Positions 42,886 to 56,356 are shown, numbered from the stretch's first letter. The stretch: DNA of 64,000 nt from Eledone cirrhosa (GCA_964016885.1 OZ024740.1:116560001-116624000), one strand, 5' to 3'. Notes: generated from the sequence alone by a model not told the origin. Program-made: numbers and translations.

Positions 42886-43227
42886 TAACCTCCCATCTGT
42901 AACAACAATGGAGCTAAAGGCGAGTGAGACACTGCCATCCAGGAGCAAATACAAACTATGCAGTGTGGAAATGCCTCAACAGATTAAGATCTGGTGTTGG
43001 TCGTACAAAAGTCAATCTGGCAAAATGGGGATATTTAAAGGAGGGGGACGTTGTGTTAGACTGCGACATTGAACCACAGACTACGCAGCACCACCTGATA
43101 TGTCCCCTGCTGGAACACCCCTGCACAGCATTGGACTTTAATGAGAAAGGACAGCAATGTGTTCAGTTGTGGGAGAACCACATCTAGCCAAGCTTTGTAG
43201 CCGACACTCTTGTGGAACGATAAGAAG
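42886..43227 (+). mobile_element. 3' fragment of a Vingi/Ingi-like LINE with a 10-bp TSD
   Basis: WKCLNRLRSGVGR..LAKWG..C..QT..H..CP; aagaag tail; TSD attcaagact at 42876-42885 and 43228-43237. Confidence 0.75.
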
Positions 43228-43242
43228 ATTCAAGACTGATGA

Positions 43243-43287
<45 letters not shown>

Positions 43288-43293
<6 letters not shown>

Positions 43294-43640
43294 GTGAGGT
43301 TTTTTTTACAAAATGAAAAATAACCGAGGTGTCCTACACGAGTGGAAGTATAAAGAAAAAGGGATGAAATCGAAAATGCAACTGAAGTCTTATTTTTTTT
43401 AAAATATATATATTTATTTGGTTCCTTTACCGGTTTCGCAGTTCTTCTGCTTTTCAAAAGGTGAGTTGAGATGGAGGGTCTGTGGTTTTTCTCACATGTG
43501 AGAAAAACCACAGACCCTCCATCTCAACTCACCTTTTGAAAAGCAGAAGAACTGCGAAACCGGTAAAGGAACCAAATAAATATATATATTTAAAAAAAAA
43601 TAAGACTTCAGTTGCATTTTCGATTTCATCCCTTTTTCTT

Positions 43641-43644
<4 letters not shown>
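43288..43644. mobile_element. Near-perfect spacerless palindrome (148 bp arms, centre 43496/43497) with a U3-A8 HHR
   Basis: 43349-43644 is self-complementary with about one mismatch; single-copy tail 43288-43348; (TA)n on both sides. Confidence 0.9.
43532..43569 (+). ncRNA. Variant hammerhead ribozyme (U3-A8 core)
   Basis: cctt-TTGAAAA-gcag aagaa ctgc-GAAA-ccgg-TA-aagg. Confidence 0.7.
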
Positions 43645-43671
<27 letters not shown>

Positions 43672-43708
43672 CTACTCTTAAGTGTATCTGTTCCCACCTT
43701 ATCCGAAC

Positions 43709-43744
43709 TTTTCTGAAGAAGGAATTCTGTCCGAAACGTCGAAA
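43709..43744 (+). ncRNA. Minimal hammerhead ribozyme in a ~145 bp insert between (TA)n tracts
   Basis: tttt-CTGAAGA-agga attctg tcc-GAAA-cg-TC-gaaa. Confidence 0.65.
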
Positions 43745-43814
43745 CCTCCTCCACTTCCATAAAGAGTGAAACTAATATAACTGTAATATTGCCTCCTGTG
43801 TTTTGTTTGTTTCA

Positions 43815-43909
<95 letters not shown>

Positions 43910-44656
43910 AAGTAAGGAGTGCGGGGACTGCGTCCATAATATATTTTTTTTATCCCGTTTGTAAAATAAGTTAGATTACTTTGAATAAATAATGAATCAA
44001 TATTACATAAATTATCTACTAAATTTCGTTATTCTTGTTTAAATATGAATAATTTTGTGGCTTATTTAAAGATTCACTTCTTTAAAATTTTCAAATGTCA
44101 ACACTTCCAGTTAGCGATCGCTTAAATAAACATTCATATATTTCCGTCACTAATTTTCTCCTAATGCAGTTTATATATAATATCGTCTTTTTTAAATGTA
44201 TCATGGATTACGTTACTGATTACATAAGACAGTGTAACACAGTCTTCGTTCAATTTCTGGTTATATTGTCAATTACGATTTTATTTGATGTATCATATCT
44301 ACATGTATATATACCTACGTATAATATCAATATGTACACTACACATACTAGCAGAAAACCACTCGAAAGGTGGTTTTTCTGCTAGTAACATATAATTTAA
44401 GCGAGATCGATTTCGGCTGTGGTCAAAAACAAAGCGAAACAGAATTTTCGAGATATGCGATATATTGAAATAATTGAAGTGAGATTTGCAGCTTGTATAG
44501 AAACTTTATTTGCATATGACAATTGTTTCAATATCGATCAGCTCGGGCGTGATTAAGGCGATCGGATCCCGGCACTTCTTCGACATCTCAGATATGTAAG
44601 TTTACATACGTGATCCACTTAAATAATCTCTCTCTCTCTCTATATATATATCTATA

Positions 44657-44735
<79 letters not shown>

Positions 44736-44838
44736 CTGTGTGTGTGTGGGTGCGTGTGTGTATGTGAGTGTGTGTGTGTGTGCATGTGTGCATATGTATA
44801 CATACATGTATTGTATGTATATATGTATATATATATGC

Positions 44839-44892
<54 letters not shown>

Positions 44893-45304
44893 GTACATAC
44901 ATACATATATACATGCATATATATATATACATATATACATATATACATACAATACATGCATGTATACATACGCACACATGCCCCCCCCCCCACACACATA
45001 CATATGCGTACAGATATGTCATCCGTCCGAAAATTTGTTGAAACGCAGAGTCTCACAATAGAGATGTATCACCGTGTCAACTCTCCAGGGATTCTGCAAA
45101 TATCTTTTGTTTCTTTTCTAATGGATTTTACACCATGGGGCGTTCCACAGAAGACTTCGCTGGCATGCCAGTTCAACCACAACCGTCACGGCATTACACG
45201 AAAAAAGACGAACATTCTACATTCAAAGACGTTTGCGCACGCACGCATACACGCTCACGCGCCTCACCTCTGACACATTTTCACTTCATCATACACACAC
45301 ATCA

Positions 45305-45389
<85 letters not shown>

Positions 45390-45513
45390 GTACACACACA
45401 TACACACATACATACATATATACATACATACATATATATACATACAAATATATATGTATGAATATATATATATATATGTATGTATGTACACACACACACA
45501 CACACACACACGC

Positions 45514-45545
<32 letters not shown>

Positions 45546-45716
45546 GCACACGCATATATATATATATATGTATGTATGTATGTGTGTGTGTGTGTGTGAA
45601 TCTGTCTGCGCGTATAGAGGCAGAGAGAGAGAGATCATCACAATCATATATTCGTATACGCACATTAAAACACCTACACAGAAACACGAACTCCTAAAAA
45701 AATACAAACAACAGGA

Positions 45717-45747
<31 letters not shown>

Positions 45748-45772
45748 CACACACAGGCGCACACACACACAG

Positions 45773-45844
<72 letters not shown>

Positions 45845-45881
45845 GCGCACACACACGCACACACGCACACACGCACACACG

Positions 45882-45944
<63 letters not shown>

Positions 45945-46989
45945 ACACACACACACACACATACACACACACACACACACACGTATTAGACAATTTTTGA
46001 TATCGTTTCTTTGTTCGGTTCTCATATTCTCTGATTTCCTTTCAGAAATCTAAAAACAGACTTTAAAGTGAAAATGTAGTGTCCCGTGAGGATAATAATG
46101 TCGTATTTTGCTCTGAGAGGTGGTCGTGCATGAGTTCTGTCGGTAATATACCTTGTGGAGAGCAGTTAAAAAACAAGACAAAAGCCAGACGACCTATCGT
46201 CGTATGAGGCCAGCCATTTGTCTTATAGTTACAAGCTGTAGCCAGAAAAGACGGCTGGAAAAAATAAAGTAACTGAACCAAATAATTAATTTAAAAAAAA
46301 TATTTCATAATTTACTCTCTGCGTATTTGACTGTGCAATGGAGTAGAATAGAGTGGAATGGATCTCCATCGGTTATGACGATGATAGTTCCAGCTGTTTG
46401 ACCAACGAAACATCCTGCTCGTCAAATTAACGTGTAAGTGGCTGAGCATTCCACAGACACACACACACCATTAACATAATTCTCAGGGAGATTCAGTGTG
46501 ACACTTGTGCGACAAGGATAGACGGCCTTTTGAATTACAGGCCCAGTCCATCTTGGTCAACACTTTCCGTTGAACACTTTCATTTGAAAAAGCTTGGTTT
46601 ACCCTAGGCTATCGTAACTGATACTTGTCCAAGATGTTTCACAGTGGTGTCAAAACGATTTCGAAGCTAATTTTTTAAACATTCGGCCACATTTGACTGT
46701 ACATAAACGAGTGACTCATGAGGTGTAGCGAGCTTTGGATAGAGATATTTTTGATGGTTGGCTTATTTCTCAAGGTGAACGAGAAATAGTGGCCTTCATT
46801 CATCTCCTATATCTCCCGAGTGAGGCTCTAAACGTGCTAACTCAGCAAACCCCATCAGCTAATGGAAAAAACACGTGATGTGGTGATATTATCACTGAAC
46901 TACTAGGTGAATGGATGACGTCTATGATAAAGTCACCGGTCAAGCCGAAAAAAACATTTTCAGACAAATTGTAACGGCACCGTGTTCAA

Positions 46990-47164
46990 TCGGGGGTAAC
47001 CACAGTAAATAAGGTACTCAATAGCAGACTATAAATATTTAATATAGAAATGGCTTCTACAGGACTACAGGAATAGAACTGTTTCATTCGGGAGAAATCA
47101 TCAGGAAGCCCTGATGATTTCTCCCGAATGAAACAGTTCTAGTCCTATAGGAACCATTTCTATA
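46990..47164. mobile_element. Fold-back (arms 47043-47105 / 47110-47164) whose centre abuts an HHR core
   Basis: CTGATGA-tttc tccc gaat-GAAA-cag-TTC at 47111-47140, mirrored upstream; followed by (TA)n. Confidence 0.75.
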
Positions 47165-47363
47165 TTATATATATATATATATATTAGAAATGTAAGCTAT
47201 CGCCATATTTTGACTAAAGAAATTATTTAGCCTGATAGTGGGGTTAAGAACCCTCGGAGAACTGGAAAAAGATGAGTATTGACGTACATGGGAGCCGAAC
47301 CCACATCTTTGGTTATCCGGACCACTGTGCTACCATTTACACCAACACATCACCTGATTTACA

Positions 47364-47563
47364 NNNNNNNNNNNNNNNNNNNNNNNNNNNNNNNNNNNNN
47401 NNNNNNNNNNNNNNNNNNNNNNNNNNNNNNNNNNNNNNNNNNNNNNNNNNNNNNNNNNNNNNNNNNNNNNNNNNNNNNNNNNNNNNNNNNNNNNNNNNNN
47501 NNNNNNNNNNNNNNNNNNNNNNNNNNNNNNNNNNNNNNNNNNNNNNNNNNNNNNNNNNNNNNN
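47364..47563. other. Assembly gap (200 N)
   Basis: Run of n. Confidence 1.
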
Positions 47564-47733
47564 GGAGGGACAGTTATAAAAGAAAGAAAGAAAAAAGAAA
47601 AAAAAGCGAGAAAAAGAAGAATGCATGCAACTAAATAGAGAGAGATAGATAAAGAGAGATAGATAGAGAGAAGAAATCATGTAAAGAACAGAGAGATATA
47701 TAGAGAGAGGAAAAAACACAGAGGGAGATAGAT

Positions 47734-47765
<32 letters not shown>

Positions 47766-48665
47766 AAAAATAGAGGGAGATAGATATAGATTAGAGATAG
47801 AGAGAAAGAAAATAGGTTGTTGGACACCAGTTGAATGACGTATCAATGATATATTTATTTATTTATTTATTTAGTTCTAGTATTAATGTAGAGAGAGATA
47901 TATGTGGTTAGGAGAGAAAACAGCCGTTACATAGAGAGAAAAGAAAAATATCCAGACATAAACGAGGCAGATTTAAAACATTATGTTTCATCAATGTAAA
48001 AAATATCAATTCGTATGAATTAGGTATTATAATGTAAATATCAGTATTCATGAATGAGACACGTATCAATAATGTGTGAAAAATAATGATCATATGTCTA
48101 GTTTTAAATTCCTAGGTTTATATCAGAGTTGAGATAAAAACTGAGATAAAAAAACTGAGATAAAAAACTGAGATAAAAAACTGATAAAAAACTGAGATAA
48201 AAAACTTCAAAAAAAATTGAAATACATAAGTATATATGCACTTTCATGAAAAAAGAAAAGAAAAAGAAAATAGAAGGTTATCCCAGATTCGATACTATAG
48301 ACTTCCATGTGAATTTACGTGATCAACTCTGCAAATTCCTATTTCACATGAAAACATTCTCATTGTGCTATAAAAATTTTAGTATACATATATGTGTACA
48401 TACACACAAATATATATAGAGTCTACATTAATTTTAACAATACTATTCTTGTCTTTACTCTACATGATTATCGTTCAAGCATAAATAGAGAACAGATATC
48501 AATATATCAATAAAAATATCAAAAAATAAAAAAATATTAAAAATAAAAATATTAAAAATATTAAAAATAAAACACATTTTCACTACCAAATCAACTTTTT
48601 AAATGGAAGTTGAAGTTGAAAGGTATGTCAAATCTATCTATTTATAAGACTGTTTATATTGTATT

Positions 48666-48723
48666 TTGTCTGAAGAAGGCATACCATATTTTTAATATGA
48701 TATCCCTGAAATATATATAATGA
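48666..48723 (+). ncRNA. Minimal HHR in the 5' pLTR
   Basis: CTGAAGA-agg c atac catatt ttt aatatg atat c cct-GAAA-tatata-TA; weak stem I. Confidence 0.65.
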
Positions 48724-48936
48724 AATAAATATGGTTTTATAAATATAGTTTCCATTTATTTAATATCGTAAATATACTCCAAATACTTGTTGAGTGCTTT
48801 TATATCAGTTATAAATATTTACTCGTTGTAACCCAACAATTTAAATAAAACTTTGCATATATCTTGCTCCAATACTGTTGAGCGCTTTATATTATAACTG
48901 AAAAAATAGAATTCTTTAAGATTTCTTCCTCTTTAA

Positions 48937-51138
48937 AAGACATACATACCTCTACCTAGAAACAAAGACTTTATTAAACAATTAATAGATAAATCGGACT
49001 CTTTTATAAGGAGAATCAGGTGGCGGGCATTCCACTTTGATAAATCTAATATAAATGAAAATGTCTCGGACTTAGACAAAGTTTTCAAATCTAAAAGAAA
49101 TCCACCCCCCAACAAACTTTTATTTGACTTTGAAAACGATATAATTTCTATCATACAAGGAGTCAAATTCAAGAGAAACTTCAAAGGCCAGGAATATCTG
49201 AAAGGCATTAAGGATAATATTGAGAGCTTAGAGAAAACTGAGAAGATCTTGGTGAAATCTGACAAGACCAACAACCTCTATGGAGTGCAAAAAGACATGT
49301 ATAATGGCCTCATACTGAAAGAACTGAGGAAAAAGTACAAGGTAGCAGATAAGGCCGAGCTTGAGAAAATGAATGTTGAGGCATCTTGTATAATGCATGA
49401 GTTGGAAATTGAGAACAGAACACAACCTTTCGTGCCCAGGAAACCGAAGATCAATATGAAAGATCACAAAAGAAATTTTGAAAATGACCTGCCAGTCAGA
49501 TTGATTGCACCATCAAAATCTGACCTGGGTAAACTAAGCAAAAACATTCTAGACAGGGTGATACAGCAAATTAAAAACTTGAATTGTTTACCTAACTTGA
49601 GCTTGTGGAAGGGAACTGGAGAGGTTATTGAGTGGTTTAAAGAAATTAAATATAACAATAATAATAAATTTATTCAACTAGATATTGCTAACTATTATTC
49701 ATCTATTACCCCTAATCTACTAAATAAGGCACTAAATTACGCATTCAAACATACAGACCTAACTAGCAATGAAATGCACATTATATTATCGGCTAGGAAA
49801 ACATTGATAGAATTTAATGACCAACTATGGACCAGAGCAGATAGAGATAACAATTTCGACATTACTATGGGATCATCCGACTCAGCTCAGGTAACTGACC
49901 TTGTGGGCCTATTTATAATCAATTCGCTGCATAGGAAAATACCCGGTGCTACCGGAGGTTTATATAGAGATGACATGCTTTTACTTATTGAAAATAATAA
50001 CTCTGAACTAAATAGAAAAAGAAAACAAATTACACAATCTTTTAATTACTTTAATCTAAAAATAGAAATTGAGAATAACCATAGAGTAGTCAATTTCCTA
50101 GATGTAACATTAAATCTCAACACATGTCTTCACTATCCATTTCACAAGTTGAATGAAAACTTAAACTATGTCAGTTTTAACTCTAACCACCCCAGATCTG
50201 TTAAAAATACTATAGTAAACTCTGTTCAAAAACGTATCTCTAGAATCTCATCTAATAAAAAGATTTTCGACGAAAAAGCCCAGTATTACAATGAAGCGTT
50301 AGCTAGAGCAGGATATAGTGATAAAATTATGTACATAGATAATAATAGACAAACTAACCAAAATAACAACAATTTTAATTACGGCAACAACTTTAACAAC
50401 TATAATAGAAAGCATTACAATAATTCCAAAAGCCAAAAAAGAAATAGAACTAGGAATATTATATGGTTTGCCCCCCCCCCCCCTTTCTCACTAAACATTA
50501 AAACCCACATCGCTAAACTATTTTTTAATGCTCTTGATAATCGCTTCACTAGAACACATAGGTATCACTCAATTTTCAATAGACATACTATAAAATTAAC
50601 TTACTCATCCACCAAAAATTTAGCACAAAATATTAATAGAATAAATAATAGGAATTTAAAACCTAGCCAAAATACCGATAATAGCATAAATAATATCCAA
50701 GTAAACAAATGTAACTGTAGAGATAGATCTAAATGTCCGTTAAATAACAATTGCTTAGTTAAAAATATAATATACAATTGTAATGTTAAAACGGACTTAA
50801 ATTCTTTTAACTATGTTGGTTCCACCTCGACAGAATTTAAACTTCGCTATAATAACCACAAGAATTCTTTCACAGATCCAAGCAAAAAATCTTCAACATC
50901 ACTATCAGGCTTACTCTGGCAACTTAAGCATGATAACGTTGGATATTCGACGGCTTGGAATATAGTCTCAAGAGGGATTCCTTTTAATTCATCCTCTGAG
51001 ACATGTGACCTCTGCGCGGAGGAGATATTCTTTATACTAAAATCTAAAAATTCCCTTAATTTACGGACAAATTTATTCAGTTGCTGCAGACATAGATTGA
51101 ACTCGACTTTTAAATATAAATATAAATTTAAAATGTAG
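48937..51138 (+). CDS. PLE polyprotein: reverse transcriptase plus C-terminal GIY-YIG endonuclease (Nematis-like); start region frameshifted
   Basis: Stop-free from 48937: IPLP..FIRRIRWRAF, KSDKTNNLY, LDIANYYSSI, ITMGS, GLYRDD, VNFLDVTLNL, SNHP, CNCR..CPL..C, IIY..YVGST..FKLRYNNH, C.LC..E..LN.R..CRH. Confidence 0.93.
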   Translation, partial: KTYIPLPRNKDFIKQLIDKSDSFIRRIRWRAFHFDKSNINENVSDLDKVFKSKRNPPPNKLLFDFENDIISIIQGVKFKRNFKGQEYLKGIKDNIESLEKTEKILVKSDKTNNLYGVQKDMYNGLILKELRKKYKVADKAELEKMNVEASCIMHELEIENRTQPFVPRKPKINMKDHKRNFENDLPVRLIAPSKSDLGKLSKNILDRVIQQIKNLNCLPNLSLWKGTGEVIEWFKEIKYNNNNKFIQLDIANYYSSITPNLLNKALNYAFKHTDLTSNEMHIILSARKTLIEFNDQLWTRADRDNNFDITMGSSDSAQVTDLVGLFIINSLHRKIPGATGGLYRDDMLLLIENNNSELNRKRKQITQSFNYFNLKIEIENNHRVVNFLDVTLNLNTCLHYPFHKLNENLNYVSFNSNHPRSVKNTIVNSVQKRISRISSNKKIFDEKAQYYNEALARAGYSDKIMYIDNNRQTNQNNNNFNYGNNFNNYNRKHYNNSKSQKRNRTRNIIWFAPPPPFSLNIKTHIAKLFFNALDNRFTRTHRYHSIFNRHTIKLTYSSTKNLAQNINRINNRNLKPSQNTDNSINNIQVNKCNCRDRSKCPLNNNCLVKNIIYNCNVKTDLNSFNYVGSTSTEFKLRYNNHKNSFTDPSKKSSTSLSGLLWQLKHDNVGYSTAWNIVSRGIPFNSSSETCDLCAEEIFFILKSKNSLNLRTNLFSCCRHRLNSTFKYKYKFKM

Positions 51139-52290
51139 TATATTTACTTTGATTTATAATTATTTATGAAACTCGCCGATAAATCTTTCGATTTCTTTTT
51201 TATTTTAAACATTCTTCATGAATAATTAAACTACCCTAAAAGCTGATGCTCCAAATATATCGAATAAATTTTACACTAGATAAACTTCTATATTAAATAT
51301 AAGACCATCTGTAGATCAAATGGGTATCCTAAACTTTTGGAATGATTTCTGCTAGACAGGATTTGGTAAATAATTTTGGTTTTGTTTGCTGTTGATTCTG
51401 ATGCTTATAACGAACTTGGCAATATATTGTCAATTAACTTTGAAGGGTTGATCTCTGTGGTTGATTTGCGGGGCATACTGTGTTTTATTTTTAATATTTT
51501 TAATATTTTTATTTTTAATATTTTTTTATTTTTTGATATTTTTATTGATATATTGATATCTGTTCTCTATTTATGCTTGAACGATAATCATGTAGAGTAA
51601 AGACAAGAATAGTATTGTTAAAATTAATGTAGACTCTATATATATTTGTGTGTATGTACACATATATGTATACTAGAATTTTTATAGCACAATGAGAATG
51701 TTTTCATGTGAAATAGGAATTTGCAGAGTTGATCACGTAAATTCACATGGAAGTCTATAGTATCGAATCTGGGATAACCTTCTATTTTCTTTTTCTTTTC
51801 TTTTTTCATGAAAGTGCATATATACTTATGTATTTCAATTTTTTTTGAAGTTTTTTATCTCAGTTTTTTATCAGTTTTTTATCTCAGTTTTTTATCAGTT
51901 TTTTTATCTCAGTTTTTATCTCAACTCTGATATAAACCTAGGAATTTTAAACTAGACATATGATCATTATTTTTCACACATTATTGATACGTGTCTCATT
52001 CATGAATACTGATATTTACATTATAATACCTAATTCATACGAATTGATATTTTTTACATTGATGAAACATAATGTTTTAAATCTGCCTCGTTTATGTCTG
52101 GATATTTTTCTTTTCTCTCTATGTAACGGCTGTTTTCTCTCCTAACCACATATATCTCTCTCTACATTAATACTAGAACTAAATAAATAAATAAATAAAT
52201 AAATATATCATTGATACGTCATTCAACTGGTGTCCAACTACCTATTTTCTTTCTCTCTATCTCTATCTATATCTATCTCCCTCTATTTTT

Positions 52291-52322
<32 letters not shown>

Positions 52323-52589
52323 ATCTATCTCCCTCTGTGTTTTTTCCTCTCTCTATATATCTCTCTGTTTCTTTACATGAATTTCTTCTCTCTATCTATC
52401 TCTCTTTATCTATCTCTCTCTATTTAGTTGCATGCATTTCTTCTTTTTCTTCGCTTTTTTTCTTTTTTTCTTTCTTTCTTTTTATAACTGTCCCTAACAT
52501 TTTTCACTACCAAATCAACTTTTTAAATGGAAGTTGAAGTTGAAAGGTATGTCAAATCTATCTATTTATAAGACTGTTTATATTGTATT

Positions 52590-52647
52590 TTGTCTGAAGA
52601 AGGCATACCATATTTTTAATATGATATCCCTGAAATATATATAATGA
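52590..52647 (+). ncRNA. Minimal HHR in the 3' pLTR
   Basis: Same motif as 48666-48723. Confidence 0.65.
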
Positions 52648-52777
52648 AATAAATATAGTTTTATAAATATAGTTTCCATTTATTTAATATCGTAAATATA
52701 CTCCAAATACTTGTTGAGTGCTTTTATATCAGTTATAAATATTTACTCGTTGTAACCCAACAATTTAAATAAAACTT

Positions 52778-52818
<41 letters not shown>

Positions 52819-52836
52819 GTGTGTGTGTGTGTGTGC

Positions 52837-52928
<92 letters not shown>

Positions 52929-53534
52929 GATGAACAATAAAACTATGATTGTTACTTAAATAGATTTTATTAAGGAATAATCTGCTACGAGGTTATTAAC
53001 GATAGGAAAACAGGAAAACAAGAATGTGTTTTTGGCTGTGAGTGCGTGTGTGCAGAAAGATGTTATACACTGTTGAAGTATGAACTAACCTTTTGTTGAA
53101 ATATCAATGGAAGTATTGCTGCTTCTGCCCACTGACCGAAGCAAGAGTCTGTTGACGACTACATCGCTCTGCTTGCTGGAACAAACTAATTGTTTAGTGT
53201 CTTGTTTGAGAGAGGAGAGCAGAATGTGTGTGTGTCTCTGTGTATGTGTGTGTATATAAACTTAAGATGTAACTGTAAAAAATAAAATAAAATAAAATAA
53301 ATTAAAATAAAATAAAATAAAATAAACTATCAGTTGTTAACACTTAAAAAAAGTTTTCCTTACATAAGGAAAACAAGAGATCATTCTTATGGCTGTATTC
53401 AGCGATTCTCAACAGCTCATCACATATTTGCTATCCCTATGATTCCATGTATAAAGGAATATTGCTAGAAAATGCTGTATATGTCATACAAAATATAGAA
53501 AATAACTGAAATATAGTCAGTTTAATTTGAATGA

Positions 53535-53805
53535 TGTGCATAAGGTTGGTGACGTCCATACGGTTGGTGACGTCCATACGGTTGGTGATGTCCATATGGT
53601 TGGTGACGTACACATATTTGGTGAAGTACATATGGTTGGTGACGTACATACCGTTGGTGATGTCCATATGGTTGGTGACGTCCATACGGTTGGTGATGTC
53701 CATATGGTTGGTGACGTGCATACGGTTGGTGATGTCCATATGGTTGGTGACGTACACATATTTGGTGAAGTACATATGGTTGGTGACGTACATACCGTTG
53801 ACGAT
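53535..53805. repeat. 18-bp minisatellite (ggttggtgacgtccatat), ~15 copies with a higher-order block
   Basis: Variant block gtacacatatttggtgaagtacatatgg..cataccgttg recurs 144 bp apart. Confidence 0.95.
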
Positions 53806-53816
53806 GTAATTAAATA

Positions 53817-53972
53817 AATAATTGTTTCTACTTTTGGCACAAGGCCAGCAATTACCCAGTGCATTACTGGTGCTTTATTTTATCTACCCCGGGATTTGAA
53901 CTCAGATCATAAAGGGCCGTAACTCTATGCTGCAAAGCATGGCGTCCGACCCTTTACCGATACTGCCAATCC
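53817..53972 (-). mobile_element. Internally deleted tRNA-SINE copy
   Basis: Matches both ends of the SINE consensus. Confidence 0.8.
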
Positions 53973-54829
53973 TAATGACTATTTATGCTAAAACACAGTG
54001 TATATTTGAAGATTTAGGGTAAACTTAAGGTAGATATAACTACCGTCGTTTTTTAATTAAAACTCTTAGCTGTGAAAAGAATGAACTCTGAATTGAAAAC
54101 AATTTCAAATATTCTAGTATAGATATATATTCTTCTTCTTCTTCTTAAGTCATCCTTCCATCGAAGGTGAAGTATGTACAAAGTTCTTGTTCTAGACTTT
54201 CCAATCTCATCGCAGCAAGAAGATTCCATCCTACTCGGCGCTTTGCACCTGGTGACCAGAGAAGCAGTTTCCCTGCAGGTTCCTTATGGTTGGAAACATG
54301 ACCAGCAAGTGCCAAGCGACGTGATCGGACTATTGCTATATATGCTATAGCGATATTTCTTCGTACACGGAATCATATGGGTAGTTATTCTCTGATGAGT
54401 CGACAAGAATCACTCAAATGCAAGCATAAAAATAATATCTTAAAAATTAAGTTCTGTAAAGCTGAATGTGTGTGCACCCCCCTGCAAAATAGGAAAAAAC
54501 ACACACAAAAAAAAAACAAGAAAACAACAAAATAAAAAAAAACTAAGGAGAAAAAGACCCCCGTTATGTACCCAGTCAGAATACAAAAAGATTTTTGTAT
54601 AACTATGTTATCATAATGCTGAAAATATATCAATTTGATGACATCATAGTGGACGTTATTAAAACCGCAGTAAAGAAGTGAAAAATATTCTTACAACCCC
54701 ACAAAATAACACTACTGTAAATACAGGAATACCTAGTGGGATATTCCATTGATACAGTACTTCAGGTTTTCATTTGTTTAAGGGGGCTGAAAAAATGAAA
54801 TGGCACACAGAAACAGGGAGGATGAGGCT

Positions 54830-55400
54830 CATGTATACCTTCTTTTCATGAATGACCTAGAATTATATGTTGCAAACGGTCTCCAGCTTGAGACTTCTCG
54901 AAGCAGTTTAGTAAGAATATTAAGATGTCCTTTGGATTGGGAAAATGCGTGAAACTGACAAAAAATATTTTAAAAATAAACTCGGGTCGACTGACATCTG
55001 GAGAAAATAATTTGAAACTCCAGGGAAGGGAAATGATAGAGGAGTTAGGCAATTCTACATTCATCAAATATTTGAAGTTAGATGAGATTAAGACTATACG
55101 TGAGAAAGGTGTCTGAAATAGAATGAAAAATGAATATTTTGACAGATATTAAAAATTCATCTTAATAGGAGAACACTATCTGTGCTATCAACACATTTAC
55201 AACGCCAGTTATAACATATGTTTCTGTGGCAAAGGGCTGGAGCGTGACTAAATTCCGTAGACTGTAATTTATTAAAAATACTACACAATAAGTCTACTTT
55301 ACTACTGTACATCTCTACAACAAAGAGTAGCAGGGGACAATGTAGTGCCACGGAGTAATATAAAAAGCCAGTTATTAATATTGCCCAGTACCTTTCCAGC
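54830..55400 (+). pseudogene. Degenerate R4/Dong-like RT fragment
   Basis: LLFMNDLELY..IKMSFGLGKC..IKYL..AINTF.TPVITY. Confidence 0.6.
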
Positions 55401-55469
55401 CTACAAGAAGGCCTGTTATGTGCCTTTGTTTTCACTATGATAAAAATAAAAAGCTGCAACCTGGTGTAG

Positions 55470-55710
55470 TCTGCGACTAACCCAGATTCTGCTGCACGTC
55501 GGGCTGAGGAGACCAAACTCTCCAAATACCGGTCGCTCGCCGACAGGTTCGCGGTTGTGCCTTTGGCAGTGGAGACTTCTGGTGTCCTCGGCCTTAGGGC
55601 TACCTCCCTACTCACCAACATAGGCGCTGAGCTGGCCAGCCGCAGGTGTGAGCCTTGTGAGTTGGAATGGCTCTTCCAGCGCATCTCCCTTACCATCCTC
55701 CGGATGGTAA
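55470..55710 (+). pseudogene. CRE-like RLE fragment
   Basis: AARRAEETKLSKY..F..PLAVETSGVLG..LFQRISLTILR. Confidence 0.75.
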
Positions 55711-56113
55711 TGGAGAGATGGGGAGGGCCAGAGAGTTGGAGGCGATGACAGTGGGAGTTCGACTGACTGATTCTTGTAGCATTCATTTGCCGTTGCAAAT
55801 TGATTATGTTCGTAGCAACACATTTCCCACACGAATTTAGTTTAGATTTCGAATACCTGAAACTGAAGCAAAAGAAAGAACGGACATAGTGATGTTACAT
55901 AGGTCAAAGGTGGGGACCAACCATAAATACTATGACTTTTCATGATTGATATTTTGCATGTAAAAGATGCCCTATATATATATATATAAGTTGAAATAAA
56001 ATGAAAACGAAATTTCATTTCTCACTCTTAGTATGGCACTTACTTAAATGTAAGTATGTATGTATACGTACATACATATATGTATACAGACGTACAGTAG
56101 CATGCATATATAT

Positions 56114-56163
<50 letters not shown>

Positions 56164-56313
56164 CAGGTACACATACATATATGCACGCATCAGTTTAGCG
56201 GACGCTTATTATAACGCCGCTTTGTTCGTTTGTAAACAAACTGAACAGCCTGAATTTATGCCATACGGTGTTAAGGCAACGACGTCACCTTTTTGTTCAA
56301 CACTGACACAGGA

Positions 56314-56356
56314 ACGATGTACTAGTTTCAAGCTTGTTAGCTATAATCAGCACCGT
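56314..56356 (-). ncRNA. HHR-like motif with one core change
   Basis: Minus strand: acggtg-CTGATTA-t agct aaca agct t-GAAA-ctag-TA-catcgt. Confidence 0.6.

Larger units (their letters stand above)
47567..52785 (+). mobile_element. Near-complete Penelope-like element: inverted 3'UTR copy, pLTR, ORF, 3'UTR, pLTR, (TA)n
   Basis: Direct repeats ~48573-48861 and ~52497-52785; 47567-48573 is the reverse complement of ~51479-52495. Confidence 0.92.

Noticed and set aside
43349-43644. Palindromes as pure sequencing or assembly artefacts
   Set aside because: Most arms show substitutions and indels, share a consistent architecture, and one links to a PLE; an artefact remains possible only for this near-perfect case
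53437-53864. Repetitive ORFs (VGDVHT)n
   Set aside because: An 18-bp minisatellite open in several frames; no evidence of a gene
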